Shown here piece after piece: positions 63,691-64,000 of a DNA stretch of 64,000 bases. The notes under the pieces are model-generated. The model did no database searches. It had not been told where the DNA came from and saw nothing but the letters and a program-made list of their open reading frames with translations. Origin of the DNA: an uncultured Chloroflexia bacterium (GTDB lineage Bacteria; Chloroflexota; Limnocylindria; Limnocylindrales; CSP1-4); NCBI GenBank assembly GCA_963813335.1, contig CAWEYL010000005.1, positions 43,201 through 107,200 on the forward strand, written 5' to 3'. Numbering within the stretch: position 1 is the first letter of the stretch; each line of letters opens with the position of its first letter. The position numbers were made by a program, and so were the translations under genes.

Positions 63691-64000
63691 CTATGGCGTG
63701 ACCTCGACGCCCGGGAGGATGGTCGCGAGACCGCCCGCCATCACGTCCAGCCCGATCCCGCCCGACGGCCGTGGCTGATGACCCCGTCCGCGTCGATCCA
63801 GTGACGGACCGGCAGCGCGAGGGAGCGTGCGGCCGCCGAGGACGCCGCGGGCGACGGCGAGGGACTCGCGCTCGCGCCCGGCGACTTGGACGGCGACACC
63901 GAGGTCGACGGCGCCGCGCTCGGCGACGGCGCCACGCTCGGCGACGGCGAGGGGCTCGCGCTCGGACTCGGTGCGACGCTCGGCGATGGCGAGGGGCTCG
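63691..64000 (-). CDS. 3' end of a gene for an S/P-rich (probably secreted) protein; partial, with a probable frameshift near 63750-63760
   Basis: The reverse strand gives SPSPS/APSPSA-rich low complexity, then ...LPVRHWIDADGVISHGR in one frame and GGIGLDVMAGGLATILPGVEVTP-stop (stop at 63691-63693) in another. Function unknown. Confidence 0.35.
   Translation of the reverse strand, partial: EPLAIAERRTESEREPLAVAERGAVAERGAVDLGVAVQVAGRERESLAVARGVLGGRTLPRAAGPSLDRRGRGHQPRPSGGIGLDVMAGGLATILPGVEVTP

Overview
High-GC (roughly 70% by eye) chromosomal segment. The gene content looks like an F420-using Actinomycetota- or Chloroflexota-like bacterium: Fgd-type LLM oxidoreductase, HspR/HAIR heat-shock control, leaderless mRNAs, GTG/TTG starts and 4-nt start/stop overlaps. 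I found no rRNA, tRNA, CRISPR array, transposase, integrase or phage genes.

Gene order, left to right:
- A LacI-family regulator, truncated by the window edge.
- A ROK-regulated CUT2 sugar ABC transporter (xylFGH-like).
- A CRTAC1/ASPIC-UnbV FG-GAP protein and an M24-like peptidase.
- A translationally coupled trio ending in a frameshifted acyl-ACP thioesterase.
- acyP, holB and a NYN-domain protein with a long RGG/AKP-rich repeat tail.
- A GNAT acetyltransferase and a livJHMGF-type amino-acid ABC operon.
- An SDR, hpt, and csoR with a perfect operator palindrome.
- rsmG preceded by two perfect DnaA boxes.
- A metallophosphoesterase, then an APC permease/USP/TrkA/TrkA cluster.
- A leaderless hspR-lon-dnaJ(class B)-clpB operon.
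- A NUDIX CoA pyrophosphatase, a cupin, purH and glpX (frameshifted).
- Two orphan genes, fgd, an FGE-sulfatase lipoprotein, folK and a MidA/NDUFAF7-type methyltransferase.
- A nuo (complex I) operon, then convergent otsB.

The standout is the nuo operon. Its order is nuoA-B-C-D-H-I...J-K-L-M-N, with no canonical nuoEFG.
- nuoI is split between its two 4Fe-4S motifs.
- The N-terminal half is fused to a NuoE-like helical domain that lacks the 2Fe-2S domain.
- Next comes a divergent NuoF-like gene.
- Then comes an ~878-aa fusion of NuoG-type 2Fe-2S, a GltD-type FAD/NAD(P)H domain and NuoG-type 4Fe-4S motifs. It ends in the missing C-terminal half of NuoI.
- I read this as a non-canonical, covalently tethered NAD(P)H-input module on an 11-subunit-type complex I.

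Caveat: the contig carries several 1-nt indels, and they are strongly clustered in nuoA to the GltD fusion (47.9-55.7 kb). Gene models there are reconstructed across apparent frameshifts and need read-level verification.
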